A DNA stretch of 64,000 bases, taken from the NCBI GenBank assembly GCA_965218095.1, contig OZ244587.1, positions 5,664,001 through 5,728,000 of the forward strand. The letters are read 5' to 3'. The translations under genes and the position numbers were made by a program. Origin of the DNA: Candidatus Poribacteria bacterium. GTDB taxonomy: Bacteria; Poribacteria; WGA-4E; PCPOR2b. The notes under the pieces are model-generated. The model did no database searches. It was not told the origin of the DNA and saw only the letters and a list, made by a program, of their open reading frames with translations. Positions 63,237 to 64,000 of this stretch are shown here, in pieces (position 1 is the stretch's first letter; each line of letters starts with the position of its first letter).

Positions 63237-63366
63237 TCGTTATGCTTATATCCAAGCGTATCCATTTCTCGAAGGAGATGCGAGTTCACCCAATCCAACC
63301 CGCTCATGGGTGATGGCTGGAAGGCAATAGACATCAGCATTCCAACCATCATCTGGTCATTTGATA

Positions 63367-64000
63367 CTATTTCAAGATGACCATCTTCTGCGTTGCATGG
63401 AAGGACGCTGTGGAGAGTGCGTAGAAATAGATTCCGCTGGCGACAGGTTCACCATACACATTCGTCCCATCCCAATAGGCTGCATCGGCGCGACTCAGAT
63501 AGCGTCCGGGGGCCAGGTATCCCAGGTCAAGCTGACGGACGAGAATCCCAGCGGTATCATAAATTTTAATAGTGACCTGACCGGCTGAGGCGAGGTGGAA
63601 GGGAATCCATGTCTCCGGGTTGAATGGATTGGGATAGTTTGGCAGCAACAGGTTATGGGCCGGAATCGATGGAAAAAGGAGACGACGCAAAACCTGTCTA
63701 GTACGGTTGAACGCGAGGGAATCCTCAGACATGGACAGGAGCTCGGAGTAAATCGCCTCAAGCTGCTTGCGTGTCGTTGGTGATATTGAGCGTAGAAATT
63801 CACTGGCGGATTCGGGAGCAGCGGCTGATGTTTCATCAATCTGATAGGATTCGCCAAAATGTGAACCAACCAGCACAAAATCACTGAGATTGACAACGCC
63901 ATCACCGTTGATATCCGGATAGATCTCCAAATCTGTTGGAATTGGTTGCTCAAAGTATCGCGCTACGATACTGAGATCAAAAATGTTCACAACTCCATCT
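63367..64000 (-). CDS. C-terminal part of a secreted-type protein with dockerin-like repeats and FlgD-Ig/T9SS-like sorting domain
   Basis: DINGDGVVNLSDFVLV; LLPNYPNPFNPETWIPF...AAYWDG.N..GEPVASGIYFY...KMVILK; runs off window edge. Confidence 0.88.
   Translation of the reverse strand, partial: DGVVNIFDLSIVARYFEQPIPTDLEIYPDINGDGVVNLSDFVLVGSHFGESYQIDETSAAAPESASEFLRSISPTTRKQLEAIYSELLSMSEDSLAFNRTRQVLRRLLFPSIPAHNLLLPNYPNPFNPETWIPFHLASAGQVTIKIYDTAGILVRQLDLGYLAPGRYLSRADAAYWDGTNVYGEPVASGIYFYALSTASFHATQKMVILK

Overview
Bacterial chromosomal window of about 50% GC. The likely source is Candidatus Poribacteria, inferred from a dockerin-like protein ending in 'NYPNPFNPETWIPF', internalin-like LRR and TPR proteins, and many FAH and Gfo/Idh/MocA enzymes. 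The housekeeping backbone is intact: the CIRCE-controlled hrcA-grpE-dnaK-dnaJ-prmA operon, aceE-aceF-lpdA, an envelope/translation cluster (lolA-pgsA-thpR-prfB-lysS-lolC/E-lolD-ilvE-bamA-skp-lpxD), guaB, hisC, purS, an aspC-type aminotransferase and a lone nuoI. Accessory DNA is interspersed: three IS5-family copies, a 190-bp MITE with a 6-bp TSD, a disrupted DUF1670 gene pair, several pseudogene remnants and short repeat families, some of which lie in-frame inside proteins. The most unusual items are (1) a single-chain beta-class DNA methyltransferase fused to an HNH nuclease, heading an islet with a tandem-repeat membrane protein and an LRR protein; (2) an unannotated toxin-tip/immunity-like pair between dnaJ and prmA; (3) a putative operon of a 956-aa unknown protein, an MDH-fold protein lacking catalytic residues, and XdhC; (4) an orphan Rpn C-terminal (RpnS-like) gene inside an ABC operon; and (5) several hand-folded structured RNA candidates. 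No CRISPR array, rRNA or tRNA was found. All family assignments come from motif recognition by eye, not database searches.
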